Below are positions 44,616-64,000 of a stretch of 64,000 nt of DNA, in pieces. The stretch is from contig JAWQFM010000011.1 of assembly GCA_033442325.1 (NCBI GenBank), positions 1,194,201 to 1,258,200 of the forward strand, read 5' to 3'. The notes beneath the pieces are model-generated. The model was not told where the DNA came from. It made no database searches and worked only from the letters and a program-made list of their open reading frames with translations. The position numbers and the translations under genes were made by a program. Each line of letters starts with the position of its first letter. Position 1 is the stretch's first letter. The DNA comes from Salpingoeca rosetta (taxonomy: Eukaryota > Protista > Choanoflagellata).

Positions 44616-47400
44616 TTTTACTCACACCCAAACACCAAACACCCAATCACGCACTCACACAAACTTACGTCCGCTCTTTGTTTTTTGTTTTGTTTTTTTT
44701 TCTGCGCGTGCAGTCCATGCGAGCATCCGGCAGCAGCAGGCGCGAGAGGAGGAAAACTACCGCGACGCAGTGGAGCGAACACAACAGCAGCGCACACGCC
44801 CACGGCCCAAGGTGGATATGGCAGGCATTGGCGATGATGATGACGACGACAGTGACAACAGCCAGCGCAACAGCCGCTACGAAGACGAGCCAGGGGCTAC
44901 CGGCGCGTCATCGTCGTCGTCATCACGCAAGCCGAGAGGCAGTGCCGATATTGACGCAGGCGTTGGTGGGGATGGTGCACGCATGCACGAAGACACGGAG
45001 GATGAGGATGAGTTTGACACAGAGAAGCAGCCGTGGTTCAAGCGCAAGAAGGGCGAGTTTGGACGCCGGACCGTCAAGATGAACATGAAATCGGCCGTGT
45101 ACGAGGGCACGGGTGCCAGCAGCGCCGGTGACAACGCTGGCAAGCGCGTGCCTGGCCTGAGTGAGGCGCTGTACGAAGAGCACACGGATCACGATGGCGA
45201 TGAGCGCGATGACGAGACGAGTCACGCTTCGCACCACCGCCGCCGCAGCCGTGAGCACCTGGGCGCACAGATGATGCAGGAGGCACAGCAGCAGCACCAT
45301 CATCAGCATCAGCGCGAGATTTGCAAGCGCGACAGCGGCCGCAGCACGATGCCTGCAGGCAACGCCAGCGATGCACCCAGTGCAGCGGGGAGCGACGTCA
45401 CCATTGCTCTGAAGGATGATGACAACGCTCAGACACATCATCTCGATGCCACACACAGCAGTGGCGATGAGAACGGGCAGCAGCACACAACCGCAACCGC
45501 AACAACAGCGGGCATAGAGAACGACAAGGAGCCATGCATTGCGGACGTTCGCCAAAGACTGACAGAGATGATGCAGCGCGATGGTGTTGCACCGGGCCAG
45601 CGGCCACCGAAGCCCAAGCCGCGCCCACGACCACGCACACGCCCCAGCCAGGACAACTTGCAACTGCAGAATGGCGAGTCTGAGGATGTCCTTGGTGAAT
45701 CCACGGTGAGGAACGTGCCGGAGGCCCGTGATCACGATCACGGGCACCACACTGCTCGCGCGTCACATGAGCACCCGCCTCGCCCGCAGCGCAAACGCAG
45801 TGACCCGACCATGCAAGGGCCCGTACCACAGCGCCCCGCTGTTCGACAGCGCGCCCCACCGCCGCCGCACAACCGCGATCGCTCCCGCGAAGACATACTC
45901 GCAGCAGCAGGCGGCAGTGCAACGAAGCTGCACATCACGCGGGAGACAACAAGCAAGCGGTCGAGCGCTGGCAGCTCGATTGGTGGCGACAGCGAGCAGG
46001 ACTACGACAACCACCACAACCGCCGCCGTCACAACCGTCACCAGCAGCATGACCCGCATCACTCCATCATTGCCACTTCCGCGCCAAGCGCTGCGTCGTG
46101 GCGCCACAGCGTGGGCGATATGAACTCTGGCGCGTCTACGGTGTCTGGGTCAAGCTCAAACCGCAGCTCACGCGACTGCACGGAGCACAGCCGGCACGCG
46201 TCGCAGCGCAAGGGAGCGAACGTTCGCAGCATGGCGGAGGCGTGGCGGCAGCGGACACCACAGGGCAGCAACCGTGACAGCCTGCATGAGACGCAGCTTG
46301 ACGCACGGCAGGTTCCCTTGCCGGCACTGCCATCCAAACTGCGGCTGCTGTCGAGCAGTGCATCTGATGCCGATGGTGCCGGCGACAGCAATGACGGCGG
46401 CAGCAACACAGGCAGTGACGCAGCGGGTCCACCGCGCTCAGCAACGTCGGCCCACTCGACCATTTCAGGCCACGGCCATGCCTGCAGGCAAGATGAAGGT
46501 GGTGCTGGTGAAGATGGCGATGGTAATTCGCGCAGCCAGCGCCATCATGGCCGCCGCCGCGCGCCCCCACCACCACCGCCAGTCAGTCCAAAGCCCTCCA
46601 GAGCAGCGAAGACAGCACACGCAACAGCCGCTGCTGCAACAACGGCACGAGGCACAGACAGGGAGAGGCGCCGCCGACCCGTACCGCCACTGAAGTTGGA
46701 CAAGCAGGGCTTGGGCGGGAGCCTCTCTGGCAGCGCCAGCAGCAGCAACTCCAGCCTTGCAACATCGCCACTGAGTCCCGTGCGCAACATGGAAGGGCGC
46801 TCGCGATCATCGTCACGGTCGTCGCGTCGACGATCAACGCTCATCACCATCCGGGAGGACCAGCAGCTTGCGCTGTCAGAGCCCGATGTCGAGCAGTGCA
46901 TTGCTGATCTGCATCGCAGGTGCTCGCTCGGCTCCAACGGACGCGCATCATATGGACATGTGCACATGCAGCCGACGCTGCGCTTCCCGCCGCCGCCACC
47001 CGTGGTCGTGCCGTCACCAACAGGGCCTGTGCGGCGTGGCAGCTGTGACGAGAGCAGCGCAAGCTACGGCAGCATCCATGACCTCCGCAAGCCACCAAGC
47101 ACACCATCATCTGCATCGTCGTCTGCTGGCTCTGGCAGTGACGCGTCGACAGGTGGCAGCGTTGCGGCGCCCAAGGACCCGGCGAGCATGGACGACCTTG
47201 ACCGACTCAACTTGCTCATGATGATGTCGCTGGATGAAGATGACGATGAGGACGACTTTGACGACGACAACGATGATGGTGATGATGATGATGATGACGA
47301 TGACAATGCAACATGCACGGAGGGGCTGCGCTCTGACCGCGCACGCGAGAGCGGTGAAGCCACGCCTGCGTTTAACTTTGACGACGACGATGACGATGGC

Positions 47401-47431
<31 letters not shown>

Positions 47432-47736
47432 GTTACGCGCACGAGTTGGAGACGGTGTCCGCAAAGCCAACACGACTGCTGGAGGCGGTGGCACGGCTCA
47501 GCTCCGATGGCTTGATGAGGGGTGCTGGGACACGCGCAACGGCAGGGCGAGGATCATCGTCGTCATCGCGACACCGGCGCTCGACGCTGTCTGAGGAGTC
47601 GGACAACAGGAGCGATGGCGGGTACATTGACATTGAGGTGCAGAACGATGGCACGTTGAAGAAGAAGACACGGCGCTCGTCGTCGCACCGGCGTGCGTTT
47701 GTCCTCGACAACGACAACTCCGAACTTGCACTTTGA
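41935..47736 (+). CDS. Tyrosine kinase (C-lobe) + Ras-association domain + ~1000-aa disordered tail; N-lobe missing
   Basis: VAAGLEYVHHKGFLHCDIACRNVLV..KISDFGLAR; KFPIRWTAPE; SDVWSFGVLFWEVVTLGDIPF; CWNQDPEERPAF. RA-like segment KASKLISAALKK..KFCLVEV..RVLDEDEYPL. A phase-1 intron joins it to ORF 44770-47736. Confidence 0.85.
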
Positions 47737-48430
47737 GAGAATGATATGTGTGTGCAAGTGTGTGATTGTGACAAACTGGCTAGAAGTGTGCAAACTGGTC
47801 TGTTGTGGTCGCATTTTAGTCGTTCTCTTCATGTGTGTGATTGACAGAGAGCCATGAGACTGTATATGCAGGTGGGCGAGCGAGTGCTTGGGGGCGTACA
47901 CTGTTTTTTGGGGTGTACACTGTTTGTTCCACTTGACAGTAAACTGTAATTGAGTGGGACACGCGTTTACTTGTTCGAGTGTGCAAAGACTTGTCACATC
48001 ACACGCGCGCGCACACATGCGCGTGAGTGTGTGTGAAGCAAGCCCCGCACGAACAATCAAACAGAGCGCATGCACACATGGACGAAGAGGCAACACCACA
48101 CAAGCGAGACTGCGCCAATAACACACGCAATGTCGTTGGCACGCAATAGCAGCAGAGAGACACAGCTTTCTGGACATATAGAAGGCTAAGAGAGGAAAAG
48201 AAGAAGGGAAAGAGAAAGTGGGAAGAGGGGAGGAAAGAAGGGAAGAGGGGAAGAAGAAAAAAGAGGGAAGCCAGGAAGAGGACGAGAGAGAAACGACAAT
48301 TTATTGTGGAGGTCGCCACAATAACCATCACAATAACCATCACAACAACCATCACAACAACCACCACAACAACCATCACCACTTTCCCGCTATCCTTGGC
48401 GTCACAATGCACCAGATGGCGTGTGCTCGT

Positions 48431-49465
48431 TTAGATGGCATTGGGGAGCTTGCGACGGAAGAGGAGAATGTGGGGCTCTGTGTGTATGTGTGTGTGCGTG
48501 TGTGTGTGTGTGTGTATGTGTGTGTGTGTGTGTGTGTGTACGAGGTGAGCGAGATCAAAGGACAACGACAGAAAAAGAAGGTCGACATGGCAGAACATGC
48601 ACTGTTGAGCGAACCCCTAAATCGATGCACATGAGCAGGATTGACGGAAAGAGGCGCACGCAGCTCGGAGGACAATGAAGCAACACCATGCATTGCGACG
48701 CACCAGGCCGGTGGATCATGTAGTGAATCCAGCCGCGAGACTGCTGCACGCCAAGGTTGCGCCACTCCGTCTCCGTCATGAGGCGGTCCTGGGGGACCTG
48801 ACCCACAAGCTCCTTGGGCAAGAACACATGACTACGGTGGAGTGGGGACCGGGGAGAAGAGAGCGGGGGGGGGTGAGTGAGACGAGATGGGTCAATGGAG
48901 GATGGAGAGGAAGATGCAGAGGAGGAGGAGGAGCAGGAGGAGGAGCAGGAGGAGCAGGAGGAGGAGGAGGAGGAGGAGGAGGAGGAGGAGGATGGAGAGA
49001 AGGATGGAGAGAGGGATGGAGAGGAGGAGGAGAAATTGAACAAGAGGGTGTGATGTGAGAACAATGAAGAATAGGAGGGAAAAGAAAGAAAGAAAGAAAG
49101 AAAGGGGAAGAAAGAAAGGAGCAAAAAGGAAGAGGAGTGGAGGTGAGATTGGGGAGGGGGAACAACGCAAGGAAGTGACCGAAAACGTTCGAAAAGAGGG
49201 AGCGTCAATCAATGATGTGCGAAACAGAGAATATTGACAACACACGAAAAAAGAACGTGGGCTCGGTAGCGAGGACAAGGGGATGCTATTGCCAAACACA
49301 GAGTTCACGCAGCACGCAGAGGAACCCAAAATGTTCGAGTCCCATGCCACCATCACCAATGTTCATGCAAACGCAAGTTGTACACAATGAACAAACGTGG
49401 TCGACTCACCGGTACTCGTGGGTCTCGTCGTAGTACTTGTTGCTGTAAGCAATCTTGTCGGCCAT
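48431..49465 (-). CDS. CKS1: Cyclin-dependent kinase regulatory subunit, 3 exons (49465-49410, 48831-48704, 48477-48431)
   Basis: [76 protein letters not shown]. Confidence 0.96.
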
Positions 49466-49614
49466 GGTGCTGTTCTGTTGGTCCTGAAGACAGAGAAAGA
49501 CAGAGAAAGACAGAGAAAGACAGAGAAAGTGAGAGGAATAAGAAGGTGTGAGTAAAGTCGCGAGAGGTTATGACGATCGAAAGAAGAAAAACCTCTCTCA
49601 ACAACAACAAAAGC

Positions 49615-49652
<38 letters not shown>

Positions 49653-49782
49653 GAGCAGCAGCAGCAACAGCACCAAAGGCACAGCAAGCAAGCACCACCT
49701 CATAAGGGCCAACACTGCACCATCTCCATCGACAACCGACACACCTGTTGTGTTGGTCGGTGCTGTGTGTCTGCTCTGATTT

Positions 49783-49864
49783 TTTCGCGGCACGTCTGGT
49801 TGTGTGCTTGGTTGGTGTTTGATGAAAAATTGACATTTTTCAAGCGCTCCCAAATTTTCCCGCC
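49783..49864. promoter_or_regulatory. Candidate E2F sites in the CKS1/GH31 divergent promoter
   Basis: TTTCGCGGC (49783-49791) and TTTTCCCGCC (49855-49864) in an AT-rich patch. Confidence 0.5.
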
Positions 49865-50040
49865 ACTGAAAACGGTTAAAACTTCTCGACGACACCATAT
49901 AAAGTTTAAAGACTGAAATAAGTCGACTTGTCAGGAGCAGCAATAAACACAAGCAACAAACAAACCAAACTCCTCCCACCACACTGCACAACAAAGCACC
50001 TTAGTCGCCTTGTCTCCCGACCTGTTCGCCGATCGCTGAC

Positions 50041-57593
<7,553 letters not shown>

Positions 57594-58091
57594 TGGCGTT
57601 GTTTCCGCTCGCGCTCCTTCCACTTGCGCCTGCTTGCTGTGTCACAATCGTGCACACAGCACTGCTGTCTTGCTTGCTTGCTTACTGTGTCCTGATATGT
57701 GTGATGTGATTGTGTGCCACGACATTGCTTCCACCAGCCAAAGAGTCCTTCAAGTGCCTCTCGCTCGCCTCGTCACACAGCCTCGCATCGACGCACACGT
57801 TTATTGACGATTGGCCGTGCGATTCTGGCGGGAAATCAGTTTGCGGATTGAACGTACACATTTGCTGACGTTTGAACACAATGATGATGGAACCGGAAAA
57901 GGGGTGCCATGACAGCACGAGCACAGCAGTACAGCGGCGAGCTTGTTGACTGTGTGTGTATGTGTGCCCGTGTGACAGCTGAAGAAACCCTTGTCCTCCT
58001 GGCACGCTCAAGCACAAACAAAGTGCACGGAAGCTACATTTCCTCGCGTCAGAGAAGCCGAGGTGCTCAGCCACCCGCCATCCCCTCCCCT

Positions 58092-58160
<69 letters not shown>

Positions 58161-58589
58161 ATGAACTGGTTTGGTGGACACACGCACGCACGCAAAAAGA
58201 CCTTCAAACACATAGATTGACTCCCCCCCGCGCGCCGCCCTAACGCACAGAACAACCGCGGCAACAGGGTGGGGGTGCGGGCTTCAGCAAGGACATTGAA
58301 ATGCTGCTCCCCCTGAACAAGCACAAGAGCAAGGCCAGCCCTGGCAACACGCGTGGGAGGTACCAGCCCATCTGCGCCCCGGTGTTCTGGCTGGTGTCGT
58401 GCCTGTGCTGTGCGTTTGTGCGACGGCATGTGTGCCGCCCGTACAAGTGACTGTGCTTGCTTCATTGGGCGTGTGCGAGAAGCTCACGCGCAAACGCGCA
58501 TCCATGCGTTATGTGTGCTTGCTTCTATCACATGAAGATGTGGTGTAGGTGGCTCTGAGGAAGCGAAGTCACCCACACCACACCCAAAC

Positions 58590-58709
58590 NNNNNNNNNNN
58601 NNNNNNNNNNNNNNNNNNNNNNNNNNNNNNNNNNNNNNNNNNNNNNNNNNNNNNNNNNNNNNNNNNNNNNNNNNNNNNNNNNNNNNNNNNNNNNNNNNNN
58701 NNNNNNNNN
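58590..58709. other. Assembly gap followed by a (TTCC)n / pyrimidine tract
   Basis: Run of N, then (TTCC)n to about 58860. Confidence 0.99.
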
Positions 58710-58939
58710 TTCCTTCCTTCCTTCCATCCTTTCCTTCCTTCCTTCCTTCCTTCCCTTCCTTCCTTCCTTCCTTCCTTCCTTCCTTCCTTCCTTCCTTCCT
58801 TCCCTTCCTTCCTTCCTTCCTTCCTTCCTTCCTTCCTTCCTTCCTTCCTTCCTTCCTTCTCCTCCTCCTCCTCCTTCTTCTTCTTCTTCCTCCTCCTCCT
58901 TCTTCTTCTTCTTCCTCCTCTTCTTCTTCTTCTTCTTCA

Positions 58940-60408
58940 ACCGTGCCGTCGCACCAGGGCACCCTCGCGGGCAGAGCCGCCACTTGGACGCCCAGCAGTT
59001 CCGAGAGAGCGCCACGGCACATGGCAGTCGAGGCAAGATTGCCTTCTTCGATCTTTCTGATGACGAAGACGGCTCAGTTCGTGCTCCTGCTGGACAGCCC
59101 TTCCAAGACGCCGCCACCCTCTTCTCTTCGTCAACTTCCAAGAGCTCCAGCTCACAGTCGGCGTTTCAGCCCCAGCCCTTTCATCCCGGCCACCTTGAAA
59201 CGCACAGGGCACGTTTGCCTCGCCCAGCACACACCGGCTCATCAGCCCGCGATGCGCGGCGCCACCCCTCCCTACATGTTGCTGGCATCCAGCTCCACCA
59301 TCAGAATCAGCACTATCGGTACCAAGCACAACCTTCGTCCCACCTGCTCATGAGCACGCTCACAGATGCTCCTTCGAACCTGTCACCTCTGCGCGAACAG
59401 CCACCGCCACCGGCGTTGTCCCTCAGTCACTCTGGTCACTGCGGAAGCAGCCACACGCAGACGCCTTCCGAACTGCTACACCCAGCAACACCACCATCCC
59501 CTCGCACGCTGCACGTCGCGCCTCAGCTCAGCAGCACTCCTCGTACTCCAACTGCACCCCCTCCAGTGGCTCTGCACTCACACCACCTTCCTATGGCGCA
59601 TCAGGCAAGCACAAACCAACACAGACGTCATCACGATGTTACGATACCCACAACCCCACAGCAACCCACAAGTACAAAAGGCGTACCAGCATTGCCAATG
59701 ATGCCACCAGCACCAAGGGCAGGCCAGAGCACAACAGCACCGACAACACAAGCACAACCGTTTCGAGACTATGATAAGGTGTGCACTGCCAACGATAAGT
59801 CACCACGTGGTACTCCTGCCATTATCGGCTTTCTTGGAGATCCCACTCTACCGCATATGCAACTACCACCGCTGCTGTCGGTGGAGGTGGCAAGCTGTGG
59901 GGCTGACAGGGACGCTCACGACAACACCAACCACACCACCACCACCACCACCAGCAGCAGCAGCAACAACAGCAACAACAACAACAACAACAGCAACAAC
60001 AACAACGACGACGACAACAGTGATCGTGCTCCTGTGATGATGCTGAAAACGGTGGAGAGACCACCTCGACCACGTCGAGCGCCTTCCACGGCGATGGCGA
60101 CGACAAATGGTACTCCATCCCATCATTCTACGACGCCTTCGAGCGACGATTTCGGCAACAGCGGCACAAGCAACCCCACATGCTCGTCTTGTGACAGGCC
60201 CACTCCCAGCAGCAGCGACACGGACGTCGAACGTCGACACACCCAAACGAGCGCCACCAATGTTGACGCGTGTGACAGATGCGTGGCCGCTGAGCACGAG
60301 TTGGCACGTTTGCGCTCAGAGGTGCAGTATCTCACAACGTTGTGGGCGTGCCAGTCATGCGACACTACACCTCGGCGCTCTCACCGGCGTCACCGTCATC
60401 AACGCTGA
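58940..60408 (+). CDS. Hypothetical Pro/Ser/Thr/His-rich protein with a C-terminal CxxC-coiled coil-CxxC segment; boundaries uncertain
   Basis: About 490 stop-free codons of mostly non-repetitive sequence ending CDRCVAAEHELARLRSEVQYLTTLWACQSC. No family recognised. Confidence 0.45.
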
Positions 60409-60675
60409 TGTATCTGCCCACCACAATGCCCCTCGCTTGCCCTTGCCTCTTGCCCCATCCCGTCTTGAGGTTGGCCTGTTTCGCGTTCACTTCTTGCAGT
60501 TGGGTTTACTCTCGCATTCAATCCCCCAACCTCGAGAAAGCACCGAAGCTTGTCAGCATGTAAACCAGACAGTCTCAATATACGAACAAGACACAAAACC
60601 AACCACGTCACCTCACGCCACCCACATTTACATTGCATCATGCTATGTCCGTCTGTTCTTTCATCCAGCTGATTA

Positions 60676-60775
60676 NNNNNNNNNNNNNNNNNNNNNNNNN
60701 NNNNNNNNNNNNNNNNNNNNNNNNNNNNNNNNNNNNNNNNNNNNNNNNNNNNNNNNNNNNNNNNNNNNNNNNNNN
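60676..60775. other. Assembly gap
   Basis: Run of 100 N. Confidence 0.99.
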
Positions 60776-62643
60776 TGTGCTGCTGCTGCTGCTGCTGTCG
60801 TGTCGTGTCTGTCGTGTCGTGTTGTTGTTGTTGTTGCTGTTGTTGTTGTTGTTGTTGTTGTTGCTGTTGTTGTTGTTGTTGTTGTTGTTGTTGCTGTTGT
60901 TGTTGTGGCTGCACTTGTGCTTGTGGCTGCATGTACCGGGCTGGTGGCGTAACATACGGCGGTTGCAGGGCCCATGGCGGCGGCTGCTGCGGCAGGTAAT
61001 ACTGGGACTGTGGCAGCAACTGCTGCACGCGTGGTCGAGGCGACATGTGCTGCGGCGATTGCTGCGAATGCTGCACTTGTTGCTGCGGCGGCGACCGTTG
61101 CGTCTGAAGCGGTCCCAACGGGTTGGGAGAGAAGGCGCGCAGCCGCATCATCTGCAGCATCGGGGACAACGTGGCCACCCCCTGCTCATGTGGCGAGCGA
61201 CTGGCACCAACCACAAGCTCAAGCTGCTGGATGTACATGGTCTGCTGCCAGTTTCGAAATGACAACTCTGCGTTCATTCGCTCCAACAGCTCTATGCGCT
61301 CGTTCTGGTTTCGAACGTGGTGTGGGGTGCGCCACGTCATACCTCCCCTCGCTCCGGCTTGCCCTTGGCCCGTCCCTGCACCCCCACCATCTTGACCAGC
61401 GCCCCCAGAGTCAGGTTTTCGCGTTCGCTGCCCAGGTGTCTGTTGGGCTACGCCGGTACTGTCATCGCCACCACCGGCACCACCTCGCTTTTTCACATTC
61501 TTTCTGCGTGTGCGTGCTGTTCTTTTGCCACCGCTGGCGCCCTGCGTCTGCTGTGGCGGTGGTTTCTTGTGATTTGCTGGTGTGAACGAATCCGACGAAC
61601 CGCTGCTTGGGCTGCTGCTGTCATCATTCCGATCAGTCGTCGACGTATCGGTTGTGGACGGTGCCGCGATGTCTGTGGATGGTGAGCTGCCGCTGAATGA
61701 CCGCCACCTCCTGCGTCGTGTCACGCGACTGTGCCGCCCATGTTGCCGTGAGTGTGTCGGCACCATCAGGTCCCACGAGCCGCCCGAACTGGACTGCGAG
61801 TGGGGAGATGATGACAGCGACGACGACGTCAGCGACATGCTGCGCCCACGGTTGCGGTTTTGTTGTCGGCGGTGTCGAAGCAGTGATGGAGACCGTTGTC
61901 GCTCACTCCTGTTGCTCTTGCGACCGCGTCCGTAGTCACGCGTACGCTGGTGCCGAGAGCGTCGGTCCGAGGCATGACTTTGTTGTGGCTGGGAATTGTA
62001 CTGCTGGTGCTGCTGGTCGTGGTTGTGATGCTGGTGGTGGTTGTGGCTGTGGTGGTGGTGGTGGTGGTGGTTGTGGCGTTGGTAGTGGTAGTAGTGCTTG
62101 CGCTGCTGCTGGTGGCGTGGACTTGCGGCAACTTGCTGTGGCGGCTCGGGCTGTCCTTGAGGATCCTGCTGGTTTAAAGCGTGCTCTTGCTTGCCGCGTG
62201 CCACGCTTGTGTTCGTGGTGTTGCTGCTGCTGCTGCTCCCACTGCTTCTGCCGGTGGCTGATTTGCCGTTGCTCTTCTGTGAATGACCTTCGCTATGGTG
62301 CCAGGGAGGCTGTTGCCCGTAATGCAGGTCGCGTACGCGGGGCTGGGAGCGGTGCAAGTGCTGCTGCTGTGCATGCTGCGTGGGTAGCTTGGGTTCACTA
62401 CCTCCACTGCTTCGGTGCCCACTGTCGGAGTGACGACGGCGATGGGCGGTTCCGCCCCAAGTGCTCCCTTGTTGCGATGATGCTGATGACGATTGGAACG
62501 CTTCTTGCGGTGTCTGCGATGACGCACGGCGCTCTTCTGTAGTTGTCGTCATGGATGCAGCTGTGATGTCTGCAGCGGAATTGAACTCCCCGTATGCATC
62601 AACCCCAATCACTTTGTGGTTTTGTGCATGTTGCTGCTGAATC

Positions 62644-62713
<70 letters not shown>

Positions 62714-62742
62714 GCTGCTGTTGCTGTTGCTCCTGCTGCATC

Positions 62743-62779
<37 letters not shown>

Positions 62780-63244
62780 GCTCCTGCTGCATCTGTTGTT
62801 GTTGTTGTTGTTGGTGGTGCTTCTGCTGCATCTGTTGTTGTTGCTCCTGCTGCATCTGTTGTTGTTGTTACCCTTCTCTGCATCGGCGGCTGTGGTGTGT
62901 TCGTCGCCCGATGCGGCTTGTGAAGCGTGGGGGTAAAACGACCTGAAGTCTGCCGGAGAGAAGGGCTTGCGCGCGCGTTGAAGGCGTTTTTCGTGGCCTC
63001 TTTCGTTGAGGTGCGCAGCACAAACGACTGCACGGGCCTTCGCGAGCTCCTTGTCGAACTGATCTCTCTCAATCGAACTCTGATGCTCGGGCGCAGGCCA
63101 GCCACCTGGTCCTCGAAGAATCTGCTCCCTGCGCGCCTTGCCAACATAGACGGCACCATCTTGCATCTCGTGATCCTTTCGCCGGCAGTGGTAGAAGCTA
63201 CAGCGGTTGCGATGCTTCTTGCGTGTTGGGCGCTGGTCAGCCAT
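60776..63244 (-). CDS. Hypothetical protein with THAP-like C2CH N-terminus, disordered middle and coiled coil; exons 63244-62872 and 62569 to gap
   Basis: CSFYHC-x54-CAAH with an internal W. Phase-1 donor GTAACA (62871) and acceptor CTGCAG (62570) keep the frame. Coiled coil NERIELLERMNAELSFRNWQQTMYIQQLE. Confidence 0.5.
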
Positions 63245-63337
63245 GCTTGAGGAGGGTGGAGGAGACTTGTGAGATGTTGAAACCACTTTGCCAGAGAGAG
63301 AAGGAGAGAGAGAGAGCGAATGAGAGAGAGAGAGAGA

Positions 63338-63401
<64 letters not shown>

Positions 63402-64000
63402 CTTGTCGAGGACTGCTGAGGGCGCAGTCTTGGCTGCTGAAGAAGAGATACGGCGATGGCAGGTGCATGGGCGAGTCTCAATCAGCCACGTCACGACGAA
63501 GAGAAGTGCCCCCCCCCCCCGCGAGATTGTTATTGGAAAGCAGAGAAGAGCGGTTGGTGCCTTCTCTCTTCGCGTAGAGGCTGGGTTGGGCGATGGTTGT
63601 TCTGTTGTTGTAGGAAGAAGGGGTTGATCGAGGACAGCGATGAGAAGTCTATGAGCGCGCCACGAGATACTGATCCATCGCTGAACTCTGTCAGGGAAGA
63701 AGACCACCCACAAGGACTATGTTTGCAGAAGTTTAAGCGTGTGGGATGTGCTCTTGTCTCACCCTGCTCGGTGCGTTGTGCTTGTTTCCTATGTTTCCGC
63801 TGCTTGCCGTTGACACCTTGTCGCTGTCGTTGCTTGTAGTGTTGTTGTTGGCACCGTGCCACGAACAAGGGGAAGTCTTCTCTCTGCGCTTGATGGTTAT
63901 GCTCACGCACACAAACGCACACGCACTTAGGCCCTCGGTAGCAGGCGAGCAAACTCGGCATGCGAGGGAAAAAACAGCGAGGTTGGCAGGTAGGCCAACC

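Noticed and set aside
62609-62871. Long polyQ N-terminus (ORF starting 62855) or a programmed frameshift
   Set aside because: A phase-compatible GT-AG intron explains the frame change more simply.
63456-63961. ORFs at the right end of the window
   Set aside because: No recognisable motifs or supported exon structure.

Overview
Intron-rich, GC-rich eukaryotic DNA with GT-AG introns packed with (GT)n/(CA)n/(AAC)n microsatellites and three N gaps. Gene content (tyrosine kinase, MEK, PET-LIM protein, SmgGDS) and sequence style suggest a choanoflagellate, most likely Salpingoeca rosetta (inference). Most of the supplied ORF track is microsatellite or antisense noise, so genes were rebuilt by hand from splice sites. 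Genes in order: FAD-dependent monooxygenase (-), UbiA/MenA-type prenyltransferase (+), GGPP synthase with a long N-terminal extension (-), MEK (-), testin/LMCD1-like PET-LIM protein (-), Golgi-type sulfotransferase (+), AKTIP-like UEV (-), REEP/HVA22 fragment (+), PRIM2 (+), MAPEG (-), RAP1GDS1 (+), metaxin-like tail (-), STK33-like kinase fragment (+), EF-hand patatin (+), MIP peptidase fragment (-), tyrosine kinase with RA domain (+), CKS1 (-), secreted GH31 with a PAN-like module (+), and two low-complexity orphans, one with a THAP-like C2CH motif. The best candidate for an undescribed system is the compact three-gene locus at 0.5-8.2 kb: monooxygenase, UbiA prenyltransferase/cyclase and an IDI-like::GGPPS fusion, with a repeat-bearing bidirectional promoter. 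It has the logic of a terpenoid/meroterpenoid biosynthetic gene cluster. The window begins at its edge, so the cluster may extend further left. All family calls come from recognised motifs, not database searches.
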